Positions 51,548 to 61,900 of a DNA stretch of 64,000 nucleotides are shown here, piece by piece; position 1 is the first letter of the stretch; each line of letters begins with the position of its first letter. The notes below the pieces were generated by a model. The model was not told the DNA's origin. It worked only from the letters and a program-made list of their open reading frames with translations, and did no database searches. Location: contig OZ076409.1 in assembly GCA_964187785.1 (NCBI GenBank), positions 20,958,001 to 21,022,000 of the forward strand. The letters run 5' to 3'. A program made the translations under genes and the position numbers. The DNA is from Amphiscolops sp. MND2022 (taxonomy: Eukaryota).

Positions 51548-54500
51548 ATGACTGCCTCCGAACCAGAGGGCGTAAAGGTAACCACGGAAGACACGACCGA
51601 TGGCATCCTTGAAGGTCATCCGGGGATCTATCAATGCACGAGCTGTGGACTTTTCGATCAGGCGGAAGTGCAATGTGGTGAGCACTCCCATGCGCCGAAG
51701 CCCAGTGACGAGTTAGCCTACAATCGATGGGCTGAGGTCGAATCAGCTGGCATCGCCGCGCACACCGTACCTTTGGAAGATGACCGTGTGTTGATGCTAC
51801 ATCCAGCGGAACCGCCTGCGTTCCACACTCCGATGACATTCACTTGTGGTGCTAAGCAAGTTCAGACCTGCTTGGAACCCACGACGTTCGACCCGCAAGG
51901 ACGGACGCTGATTTCGATTCACCTGTTGCTGGCAGCTGAGCAAACACGTAGGCCGACGCTAACCCTGGCGAAGCTATGGGTCGAATTGTCTATCCTCTGC
52001 AAACGAAACGAGTTGCCTCGACCGAAAGAATGGTACGCTCCGGGAGAGTCTACGACTCTGACAACATATTCCCCAGTGCCAGTCTGTGCTTCAATGGATG
52101 GAGTGGATATGAAATTCGAAGCCTGTGTGGTGGTGGATGTATTTCCCCCTGGCATTTGTCTGGGTCCCCAGGAGCTCAAATGCTATAACATCAATCATCA
52201 GGAGCCCACCGGTGAAGCGCGTATAGATGAGCGTGCGTCGCTCGTGGTCTCTTTCGTGGTGCCTCATGCAGCACCTATTCCGCTGCGAGGACTGGTGGAC
52301 ACTGGCTCGGGCGTCTCCATACTGACGTTTTCCGCCTTTAACAGAGTGGCAGCTCGAACTGGAACGGTCCTTAAACCCTACCAAGTTGACCTGTACGCAG
52401 CCAACGGGAAGACAATAAAGACCTACGGCCTCGCAGAACATATCCATTTCCAGCTGGGAGGATACGAACTTGAAACGAACTTTGTGGTGGTAGATGACGC
52501 AATGGGTGTGGAAGACTTCCTACTTGGTCGGAACTTTCTCCGCTCCTACCAGGTGTTAGTGGATCTAACATCTATGAAGATTGTGGTGCGAGCACCAGTG
52601 AAGCCTGTGTGGCATCATGCTCACGCACAGGTAGGTGATACTTCGATAGCTACCCCAGTCGTTTTGGATAGTGACTTGGTTCTGCAACCTTTCGAACGTG
52701 CGGTGGCTAGAGCCAAGCTCGTCACCAATGCACTAGAGCCGCTGATTTTTCAAAGCGTAGCGCTCAATGTCTCTTTGTCTGACACTACGTTGCACAATGT
52801 CGTCTTTTTAGAGGACAGCGTGGCCACTGTCAGTGAGACAGGGACACTCTTTGTGAGCCTGATAAATCTCACCAGCAACCCTCAACGCATGCGGTGTGGT
52901 GTACAACTGGGCACCGTAGTACCCATAACGGTAGTATACCAAGCAGTACCTCAGTGTCTGGACTCTCCCACTACAACCCGCACAAAAACTGACGCCGACG
53001 ACAGTCGTGCAAATTTTGTTCATAAAATTTATAGTGAAGTGAATCTGTCCACTACTTCTGAGTTAACCTCTTCTTCAGAATTTGTGTTTTTGTCCTCAAC
53101 TGACCCTAGCGAGGCAGGACTATCGGAGCGCGAAATTCGCAAGCGAACGGACCCAGAGCTAATGGCTCCGATTCCTGGGCCAGAATCTCAGCTACAGGCG
53201 GTTAAGGATTTATGGGGCGCTAGCGCCTGCGAGTCTCTCAGTAACCTCCTCGATGAATTCGATGAGCTATTCATGAAACACAAGGCTGACATCGGTCGGT
53301 GCACTATCGCTAAGCACACCGTGGAGGTGGAACCAGGGGCTGTACCACATCGCGAAGGTGCTCGCCGGATGTCCCCTGAGAAGGCCGAACGTGCCAATCA
53401 GGAGGTGCGGAACCTCTTAGCTCTGGGAATGATACAGCCCTCGCTGTCCCCTTGGGCGAGCGGCATTGTAATGGTGAAAAAGAAAAACGGGGAGTTGCGC
53501 TTTTGCTGCGACTTCCGCCCGTTAAATGAGGTAACCATTAAGGATGCCTATCCCTTGCCCCGTATTGATGAAAGCCTGGCACGGCTAGGCAAGGCGAAGA
53601 TTTATACCAGCATAGACCTTGCTTGGGCCTTTTGGCAAATTCCTGTGCGGAAGGCGGATCGCCACAAAACCGCTTTTGCTTGTGAACTAGGACTTTTTGA
53701 GTGGCGGCGAATGCCATTTGGTATGTGCAATGCATCTGCCACGTTTCAGCGATCAATAGCGCGTGCGCTAAGGAATATTGTCAATCGTGAGGGCAGCATG
53801 GTCATGGCCTACATTGATGATATCGTGATTGCCACAGAGACTGTGAAAGACCATATGGTACGCCTACGTGAAGTCTTTGAATGCCTCCGTGAAGCCGGTT
53901 TCAAAATGCGCGTGGCCAAATGCGATTTCATGAAATCGGAGATCAAGTACTTGGGACGAGTGGTTTCCGCAGAAGGAGTGAAGCCCGACCCGAAAGCCGT
54001 CGTCAAGTTGCGCGATTGGGAAATTCCCCGTAACAAGACGGAGATGCAGAGCTTCCTAGGATTTGCCAATTACTATCGCGAATTCATCCCTTGGCACGCT
54101 AAGCTGGTTGCACCCCTGCACGCCGTCACTGGACTGAATGCCACCTTCGCATGGGGTCCTGAGCAACAAACCGCATTCAATGAGATCAAAAAAGCCCTGA
54201 TCGAGGCAACTGCGCTCGCGCAGCCTGATTCCGAAGGAGAGTTTGTGTTGGACACTGACGCTAGTGCTGTCGCCATTTCTGGTATCCTGCACCAGTGGCA
54301 AGGTCCTCCGGGTGAACGACGCCTGAGACCGATAGTTTACGGTAGCAAGAAGCTCACTACCACACAAGGTAAATACGGAGCTCCCAAGCTTGAAATGTTC
54401 GCCGCCTACTATTTCATAGTGAAAAACCACAGCTATTTATGTCCCCGGAAATTCACCCTGCGGGTAGACAACCAAGCCTTGTCCTGGTTAAAAACCTACT

Positions 54501-57499
54501 CCACGGATCAAGCGCTAATCGGCCGATGGATTATGACCCTGGAGAAGTATCACTTTCGCGTGGAACACCGCCCAAGAACTCAACATCGAAACGCCAATGG
54601 CTTGAGCAAACGAACCAACGAGTACCGATGCCGAGAGAAACAGCTTGCACAGCAGCCAGCCGCGGGCGAACGCTGGAATTTCCTTTCAGCTGACGAATTT
54701 GATAAACTACCCGTCGCCCCATGGTTCGACCTTCAGGGTCGAGTCATCCCGAATCATCCCGAACTACCTGCGCACCTGCAGAACTTGGAGCCTAAGGCTC
54801 CCAACCAATTGCTACGCGTGCTTCGCCGCACAAAACGAGCGAGCAGGAGAGACAGACAAGCGAAAGCATTCGCAGCCCCCTTGCCGCCTCCGCCTTTCCT
54901 TGCTCTGCAACCGCACGAGGATGCCTATCCAGACTACCCTGAGGACTGGATTGATGTCACTGATGAAGCACGCGAAGATTATCTATTACCGACGCATGCC
55001 GTAAATGTACCCTCACGTACCGTCTATGCTATTGCTGGGGCGAATCCTGTTGCGTTGCAAGGTACTCCCTCGGGTGTACGCGACTCAATTATGGCTCTTA
55101 AAGACATCAACACTGAACTTCACGAACATGCTCACACCGTGCATGGTATCAAAGACTTGATCCTAGCCCAAAACCGTGATGTTCATGTGCTAGCACTCAA
55201 AAGGTTGGTGCTAAACGAACCCATCCATCATGACGTGTTTCCCGAGAGCGTGCGTGAGTTCGCACGCAACTACTACCGTCAGAAGAAAACTCTCCTGTTC
55301 ATTAACAAGAATGGTGTGCTTTGCGTACGATACCCTCCCAACCAACGTCCCCTGCACGAACGTCCGTGCATGATCGTCATGCCTCAACTGTACCAGCATG
55401 AGATTTTATTCCGCGCGCATGACGCCATGGGACATCAAGGTATCTCCAAAGTGGTGGCTCGGATTCAAGAACGTCACACATGGCCTGGTATTCGACGCAG
55501 CGTGGGCCGTTACGTTGGTCAATGCCTCACCTGTCAACAGGTTCGAGATAAGCCTGGTGACGTCCGATTCCACCTAAAGAACATTCAGAGCGGGTACTTC
55601 AACGAATTGGTCCAATATGATCATCTGAAGATCTGCCCCTCGGACAGTAATAACACTGGCATCTTGGTCATAATTGACCATTTCTCCAAGTTCGCGGAAG
55701 CAGTTCCCTGTAGTCATCACGACTACGACGCTGTGACCACCTCTCGGTTGCTGCTGCAAAAGTGGTTCGCCCGTCATGGCACACCCACTAGAATGCAGTC
55801 TGACAATGCTCCAAATTTGACAGCTGAGGTATCCAACGAATTCCTAAAAGCAGCCCACGTTACCAAGGTAACCTCTACGGCTAGCCATCCGAGAACCCAA
55901 GGCTTGGTGGAGCGTCAAAACCGGACATTATTAACCCTACTGCGAGTTTTTTGCTCCCGCCGTATGCGCGACTGGGACCAATGTCTTGATGAGGTCATGG
56001 GCGCCTACAACTCTACGAGGCACGCCACCACTGGCTTCTCACCCTACATGCTGACCCGTGGTGTAGAGAAGGCCATCCCTCTCACGTTTTTCTATCCCGA
56101 ATTTGCAGCCAAATCATTCGAGTCGCATGAGGCGTATGTCGATCATGTATTGGCTCGCCAGCAGGAAATACATGACTTGGTACGGCGTAACACGCACCAA
56201 GCCCAATTGCGTCAAAAGTTGAAGTACGACCGTGCTATACAAGCGCGAGCTTACCAAGTAGGCGAGCTCGTCTGGGTATTTTGCCGCTACGTACCGCAAA
56301 AGGGTTCCCCGAAATTGATGCGTGCTTGGCGAGGCCCGCACAAGGTTGTACAAGTCTTTCAGGACGGTCGTGTCTATGTACTAGACACCGGTAAAAAGGT
56401 TCATTTTGAGCGTCTTAAACCGCACCACAGTGGCCCACTTGAACTTGCTACTGCACACACGGACAGTGGTGAGGTGGTGGTACTTATGGACCCCGAACCT
56501 GAACGTTCCGTCGACGTAGTTGATGACGACAAGTCTTTATCGTCGTATAAACCCGAACAACTACTTTCAGAAGCGTCCGATGCATCTTTGCCCTCACATC
56601 GACGTCACTGGATGGACACTCGACTACGCACGAAACTTCGCGCAGGCGGCTCCCGCCCGCATTATCAGCAATTTGACTATTCCACCTCGGGTACAGATGA
56701 CGAACTATCCGATGCCATGTTGCCGATACCTCCTAATCCAGTTGACGAGGATCTAGTGGAGCCTGCGGCTCCTCCGGCTGCGTTGGATCAGTCGATATCC
56801 CCCGCCCGTGTACTACCTCAACTGTTCTCTGACCATGAGCGCCTGCGCTCACCGTCTCCACAGATATCCTCCTCCGAAAAAGAAACATCGTTACCAGGAA
56901 CCTCAGCATCCTTGTTGACGAATCCCTCGCTAACCAATTTTCTTAGTAACTATCCCATATGGCCGGCCGCCCCTCCGATTCCTCTCAAATCTGCCAGCAG
57001 CGACAGCAACGTTCAGCCCGATCTGCCTGAAGTTCCCGAGACTTCGCCAGGAGCGGGGACCGCTCCTTCTTTTAAAAGGGGGAGGGGGAGACCACCCAAG
57101 GCACAGAAGAAACGGCTGATCCGAGCGAAAGCAAAGACGAGGAAGAAAGAAACACCGAGAAATGCCGAAACCGAAACTGCGATACAGGCCGAAACGGAAG
57201 CTCCCAGAACTGCAGAGACGCTAACAGAGGCATCTGCAACTGCTCTTAGGTATCAACTAAGGAGTAAACGGCAGCCGCGCTACAAGTGTGGAACCTGCGG
57301 GCTGCGAGATTGTGTCTGCCTATTAGCTGTGAATGAGAACCGGAGGGTTCCCATTGGAGCCCGGGGAGTTCCTCCGGAAGAGAGAGAAAACTTGGTGTAC
57401 CGCCTCACGGTGCGGGCCGAGAAAACCTACTCAGCTGTAGAGCGGTCCGGAGACCACCCTGTAGACACTATCCTGGAGAAGTTGTCACTCCCGGGGTAG
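51548..57499 (+). CDS. pol: Gypsy Pol (PR, RT, RNase H, integrase, long C-terminal extension)
   Basis: LVDTGS (D at 52298), YIDD (53810), LDTDAS, H-H-CC zinc motif, D-D-E (QYDH, SDNA, LVERQN), GPH (GPY/F-like), KRGRGRPPK; 1983 aa uninterrupted. Confidence 0.97.
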   Translation: MTASEPEGVKVTTEDTTDGILEGHPGIYQCTSCGLFDQAEVQCGEHSHAPKPSDELAYNRWAEVESAGIAAHTVPLEDDRVLMLHPAEPPAFHTPMTFTCGAKQVQTCLEPTTFDPQGRTLISIHLLLAAEQTRRPTLTLAKLWVELSILCKRNELPRPKEWYAPGESTTLTTYSPVPVCASMDGVDMKFEACVVVDVFPPGICLGPQELKCYNINHQEPTGEARIDERASLVVSFVVPHAAPIPLRGLVDTGSGVSILTFSAFNRVAARTGTVLKPYQVDLYAANGKTIKTYGLAEHIHFQLGGYELETNFVVVDDAMGVEDFLLGRNFLRSYQVLVDLTSMKIVVRAPVKPVWHHAHAQVGDTSIATPVVLDSDLVLQPFERAVARAKLVTNALEPLIFQSVALNVSLSDTTLHNVVFLEDSVATVSETGTLFVSLINLTSNPQRMRCGVQLGTVVPITVVYQAVPQCLDSPTTTRTKTDADDSRANFVHKIYSEVNLSTTSELTSSSEFVFLSSTDPSEAGLSEREIRKRTDPELMAPIPGPESQLQAVKDLWGASACESLSNLLDEFDELFMKHKADIGRCTIAKHTVEVEPGAVPHREGARRMSPEKAERANQEVRNLLALGMIQPSLSPWASGIVMVKKKNGELRFCCDFRPLNEVTIKDAYPLPRIDESLARLGKAKIYTSIDLAWAFWQIPVRKADRHKTAFACELGLFEWRRMPFGMCNASATFQRSIARALRNIVNREGSMVMAYIDDIVIATETVKDHMVRLREVFECLREAGFKMRVAKCDFMKSEIKYLGRVVSAEGVKPDPKAVVKLRDWEIPRNKTEMQSFLGFANYYREFIPWHAKLVAPLHAVTGLNATFAWGPEQQTAFNEIKKALIEATALAQPDSEGEFVLDTDASAVAISGILHQWQGPPGERRLRPIVYGSKKLTTTQGKYGAPKLEMFAAYYFIVKNHSYLCPRKFTLRVDNQALSWLKTYSTDQALIGRWIMTLEKYHFRVEHRPRTQHRNANGLSKRTNEYRCREKQLAQQPAAGERWNFLSADEFDKLPVAPWFDLQGRVIPNHPELPAHLQNLEPKAPNQLLRVLRRTKRASRRDRQAKAFAAPLPPPPFLALQPHEDAYPDYPEDWIDVTDEAREDYLLPTHAVNVPSRTVYAIAGANPVALQGTPSGVRDSIMALKDINTELHEHAHTVHGIKDLILAQNRDVHVLALKRLVLNEPIHHDVFPESVREFARNYYRQKKTLLFINKNGVLCVRYPPNQRPLHERPCMIVMPQLYQHEILFRAHDAMGHQGISKVVARIQERHTWPGIRRSVGRYVGQCLTCQQVRDKPGDVRFHLKNIQSGYFNELVQYDHLKICPSDSNNTGILVIIDHFSKFAEAVPCSHHDYDAVTTSRLLLQKWFARHGTPTRMQSDNAPNLTAEVSNEFLKAAHVTKVTSTASHPRTQGLVERQNRTLLTLLRVFCSRRMRDWDQCLDEVMGAYNSTRHATTGFSPYMLTRGVEKAIPLTFFYPEFAAKSFESHEAYVDHVLARQQEIHDLVRRNTHQAQLRQKLKYDRAIQARAYQVGELVWVFCRYVPQKGSPKLMRAWRGPHKVVQVFQDGRVYVLDTGKKVHFERLKPHHSGPLELATAHTDSGEVVVLMDPEPERSVDVVDDDKSLSSYKPEQLLSEASDASLPSHRRHWMDTRLRTKLRAGGSRPHYQQFDYSTSGTDDELSDAMLPIPPNPVDEDLVEPAAPPAALDQSISPARVLPQLFSDHERLRSPSPQISSSEKETSLPGTSASLLTNPSLTNFLSNYPIWPAAPPIPLKSASSDSNVQPDLPEVPETSPGAGTAPSFKRGRGRPPKAQKKRLIRAKAKTRKKETPRNAETETAIQAETEAPRTAETLTEASATALRYQLRSKRQPRYKCGTCGLRDCVCLLAVNENRRVPIGARGVPPEERENLVYRLTVRAEKTYSAVERSGDHPVDTILEKLSLPG

Positions 57500-57570
57500 C
57501 GAAGGCCCCTTGTCCTAGGTTTAAGGAGTGGACTAGCGATGGAAAGGGCCTGGAGTTTACCCTGCCCACG

Positions 57571-58620
57571 GTGTTGCCCCCTGTGCCCAGTAATATTGCG
57601 TTTGGACCATTCAATTTTGAAAGGGAACCTGTGCAGATGGCCCGATGCATCACTGCCGACTTGTTATGCGATAAGTATGGAGTCCAGGTGGAACCAGGAG
57701 GGGTATACAGCCCGGCTCCTCACTGGTGGCTGCTGGTAACAGCTCCACGAGTGGAGGCGATGGTGGAACCGTTGAATCTGTTATCCTGTCAAGAGAGTCT
57801 GAGGACCCTCACCACTGTGGACTTAATACTTTGCTTCCATATCATAGACTGGTACCGAGGCAAGATGAAGTTTGCATGGTGGCTGGAATTAATTATCACA
57901 TGTTTCGCCACCTATCCCAGAATTCGACTGTTAGACGAGTGGACTCACACCTTCGAGATCCCCCTGTTCCCCAAAGCCGCCCTGGAAACTTTAGATGCGT
58001 GGGTAGAGGCCGGCAGCGACAATCGAGCGATGCCCCGCTCAGTGTGGCAAGACCTGGCTGCAGTCCAAGGGCGTACGCCTCGCGTGTGTCTGCCCTCCGA
58101 CAATGGTCCCGGACGAGAGATTGTTTACCCGGGAGCCCTGTATCCGAATTCCGCCGAACATGTTTCTTACGATGAAGCTGATTTCTTGCAGGTTGAGGGC
58201 GACATAGTGTTAGCATGCCCTGCTGACCTAAAAACCAACTCTGCCTCCCTGCGATATGTGCTGCGGGAGTGCAGCATGGAAGATGTATTTGCCTTACGAC
58301 CTAAAGTGGGCGAGATTCTCACTATCCCGCCTGATGTGAACCCCAACCCTAATCAAAGTATTCACCTGTTAATAGTCCGTGCTAACCAGCGCGCACCGCT
58401 GCTGACCGATGACTACTTGCGCTGCATGACGTACTTGATACAGCGCCTGATAGACAAAGGATCCACACGGGTCCACTTACCCATTCTGGACCCCGAGAGA
58501 CCGGCTTTCTCGTTGGTCAATCTGTACCATACTCTAACGAACATGTTCGAGGGTACTGGTATTCGCGTGGTTTTGCATAGCCGCGTATATGTATCGATAT
58601 TAACTATAGGGCTGGAGTAG
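57571..58620 (+). CDS. Tandem TARG1/Poa1p-like macrodomain ORF, probably the Pol C-terminus via a -1 shift
   Basis: Two units follow the TARG1 motif order: MARCITADL / VLACPADL, PGGV / KVGEI, WLLVT / HLLIVR, FHIID / LPILD, CFATYPRIRLL / MFEGTGIRVVL. The frame is open from 57337, overlapping the pol stop. Confidence 0.65.
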   Translation: MLPPVPSNIAFGPFNFEREPVQMARCITADLLCDKYGVQVEPGGVYSPAPHWWLLVTAPRVEAMVEPLNLLSCQESLRTLTTVDLILCFHIIDWYRGKMKFAWWLELIITCFATYPRIRLLDEWTHTFEIPLFPKAALETLDAWVEAGSDNRAMPRSVWQDLAAVQGRTPRVCLPSDNGPGREIVYPGALYPNSAEHVSYDEADFLQVEGDIVLACPADLKTNSASLRYVLRECSMEDVFALRPKVGEILTIPPDVNPNPNQSIHLLIVRANQRAPLLTDDYLRCMTYLIQRLIDKGSTRVHLPILDPERPAFSLVNLYHTLTNMFEGTGIRVVLHSRVYVSILTIGLE

Positions 58621-58883
58621 CCTTATCATTTTAGTTGTCCCCATTTTTCCTTTGCCCTCAGTCTTTGTAACAATTCTTGTAACAACCATGGAAGAGTCTT
58701 GAAATGCTCTCGAGATGTTAATTTGTCATGTTGTTTACTCAAAGGTTTTGTTCTAGTTCGTTAGTTAGTTAAAGTTAAATTTTAAGTTTGTAGTGGCCCC
58801 CTTACGGAGCCGATGTTGCGTTGCTGCAATTGAGGGACGAACCGGCCCACGGCTCGCTCCAGAAAGAACTTGCCCCTGTAAGC

Positions 58884-58903
58884 CTAACAGTGGTCCTTTT
58901 TAG
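58884..58903 (+). promoter_or_regulatory. Putative branch point and 3' splice acceptor for the downstream ORF
   Basis: CTAAC...CCTTTTTAG ends 12 nt before the ATG at 58916. Confidence 0.5.
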
Positions 58904-58915
58904 ACCTATGCATTA

Positions 58916-61900
58916 ATGGCCCATTGCCCAAACAGTTCAGCGCCTGCAACAGGGTCTAGTAGTGCAAGGCCCCAGGAATCTGCGCGAGCGCAGAGGGTCA
59001 ATCAGGCCCAATATGTCGAAGAGAGGCTGCGGGACGGTCTTTCGCCAGTAGCCGTAGCTGGGGTGGCTGCCTTACTGACCCAGCTTGAATCGATGCAAAT
59101 GCTGCCAAATGCATCCTTGTCGATCACTACGGAGGTGGCAGGCTATCGTCGCACCTTGACGTGCACCAACAATGCCTGGGATGGGCACGACCTGACTCAC
59201 CAGTTCTTGGACGAAAGATCAATCACAGTGCATGGCCCCAGCCAGGGCACCAGATTCGAACAAGAAGCATCACTGCGTATGATGCCCGTCAACGTCCCAT
59301 CGCTGCCTTCTATTTCGGCACCAAATCCAGTGCAGATGACGCCGTATTCTAGCTCGCTTGCTTATGGGGCACCATATGGAACCCAGGCAACGATGACGCA
59401 AAACACTACCAATCAATCAGCCTCAAGTCGGGAGCCCTCGGGGTCCCAACTGCCATCAGTGCCTAATCTAAATCTTATCGGACGGAGTGCCAGCGAGCAA
59501 GCGGTGATTGTGGCCCTGCAGGCGGTCGCCAACTACCCCAACTCCTCTGACTTCGTTCGTGCAGTTGAGCAAAGGATTCCCGGATTGGCACACTATTTGC
59601 AAGCCGCAGCTCAGCCCTCGGGCTGTGTCACCCCACCCACCACCCTAGCCGAAGCTGTGTCTATGGAAGCAGAAACCACGGCTGGACCAAGCACCAGCGC
59701 CATAACATATCCCCGTGAGGAAACTGGACGGAAGCGACTTACTGAGGAAAACATCGTCGCTACACGCCATAATTCCGTGACCGACAGTCCGACCAGTCGT
59801 CCCCCTCCGGACAAGCGAGCAGATGTACCCCAGCAATCGCAAATGAAGAGTGTAGTGGTCGTGAGGCCTCCATATCGCGTCGGCCACCTGGGCGTAGGCG
59901 CGCCTCAAATGTCCATGGAAGAGGCCATCAACCGCTACGGCAGTGTGGATGCGAATCCTGAAACGAATCCTGTGCCCTTGGGCACAGGCTCTGCCAACAT
60001 GTCCCTGGAGGTGCCCGAGACTGTCGAAGAGACCAGCCCTCCCGCCTTTCTTCCCCCGTCAGATGATGTATCCGGCTCCGTGGTAACTAGCGATAGTAAA
60101 CGCATCTGGATGGCAGCAGAGTGTTTGCACCCGAACACATGTGCGATTAGAAGGAGAGCACCGCCGTCGGACGCCGAGCAAAGAGAGGTGAGCAGAATCA
60201 CCATTGCGGCTCAAATAACTCGATCGCTACGTGCCCGTGATGCGGACCTAAGTGAGCAAGCCTGGGAACAGCGTGCTCGAGAGCAACTGCCCGCCACACC
60301 CAACAACTACATGGCTCGCCTGCAGCACGACCTCACCGAGCAATTTCCCGCCAGGTACATATTGCGCGAAGGAGAAACCTGGGAGGCAAACGCCCGCTAC
60401 GCTCGCAATATCAGGTCAATGAAGCCCCTCTTGAAAGCAGCTCTGCAGCGTGCGCGCTATTGTGTAGCGGTAGATTCGACATTCAAGAGTGATCTGCCCA
60501 TCGATAACCTTCTGCCCGATGTGCTGGTGTTAACAATGCCACTCTCCCGCTTCGCCGAGGTCGCAGAGATGGTCGCGGTTATGTACGACCCAAACCTGAG
60601 AGGGTCCCTAAGAGAGCCGCCCCCGCGACGTGTAGTCTTCACCAACTTGATCGACCACATGGCTTGTGAAGGACTGCTACACAACCTGGATGCCCTCATG
60701 GCAGATACCCGTAGACCTGGGAATGTGGCGACCTTAGTAAACGTTGTTGCGGATGCAATGGAGCGTGCAGCAGGGATCCTTCGGGGTCGTCTGGGAGCGC
60801 TCGCGCTCTTTACATCCCCGCCGGGATTCATGTATTGGCAACGAAGCTTGCAGCAGTTTGTGTACATCTTGTCTGAGGTATGCAAGGCGCGCCGAATCGA
60901 GTTTGCTATATGTGCGCCAAATCTTCGGGTTGATCGCGGAGACCTACGCCCCGATGCATTGTCATACCCTGCCTTCTTTGCTGCTGTATCAAGAGTGCTA
61001 ATCACTGTGGAACGATCGGGAAATGCACAACTGACTATCGACGATGCCATACTGTTCGACCATGGAATGTGTATGGGGCGAATGGCCTTCGACTTGGACG
61101 GGAATCGCGTCATGCGAGCATCTAACATGAGTGAGCGAGAGGCCGTTCGACGCTACAACTGGCTGGTGCGGAAAGACAAAGAGATTCCCGTACGAGCAGA
61201 GCTGGCAGAGCTCGTGAAGGAAATTGAAACATGGCCTGCCACACGCACGGTCGGAAGGACCATTCCCCAAATTCGGTTTGCCGCGGGAATAGAGCCTGTC
61301 AAGTTGCCCGTGGGCATGAAGCGGCTGTGGAGGCGACCAACTTGAAGACTGCAGTAGATGCCGCCGGATTAACGTATGCCGAATGGTATCAGTCCAGATT
61401 CGTGGACAGGACCTTGGCCGAGGTAGCTCAAGAGCTTAACTGTCCCTTGGAAGCCTTTTGCAACAGTCTCGGACTAGGCTGGAACATCGACGTAATAGCC
61501 TCTGAGTTCTTGCTCACCAATGTGCAGACTGACAAATTGTTGGAAACCATCGGCGAAACTACTGTAGGAGAGATGTTAGCGCTCGCGCTAACCATGGGCC
61601 CGACAAAGTTTGTGGCAGGTCCCCTGGCTATGTTAGTCGAGCTGGTAGTATCCAGTGATCTAGTCACCTTTTACAGCTACCTGATCCTCGCGCAGGGACA
61701 GCTACGCAGCCTAACTCGATGGGGTCACCTCCTAAATTCCAAGGACCAGCAATATTATGTCACCCAGCTGGAACGCATGCGTGCGTCCCTCCAACATTGG
61801 TTGTATTCCACCCTAGTGTTCGCCTCTGGCTTGTTCGTAGGCGTGGATCAATCGCAACCCCTCCACAATTCCGAGCGTCAACTCCCTGCGGAAACGGCGG

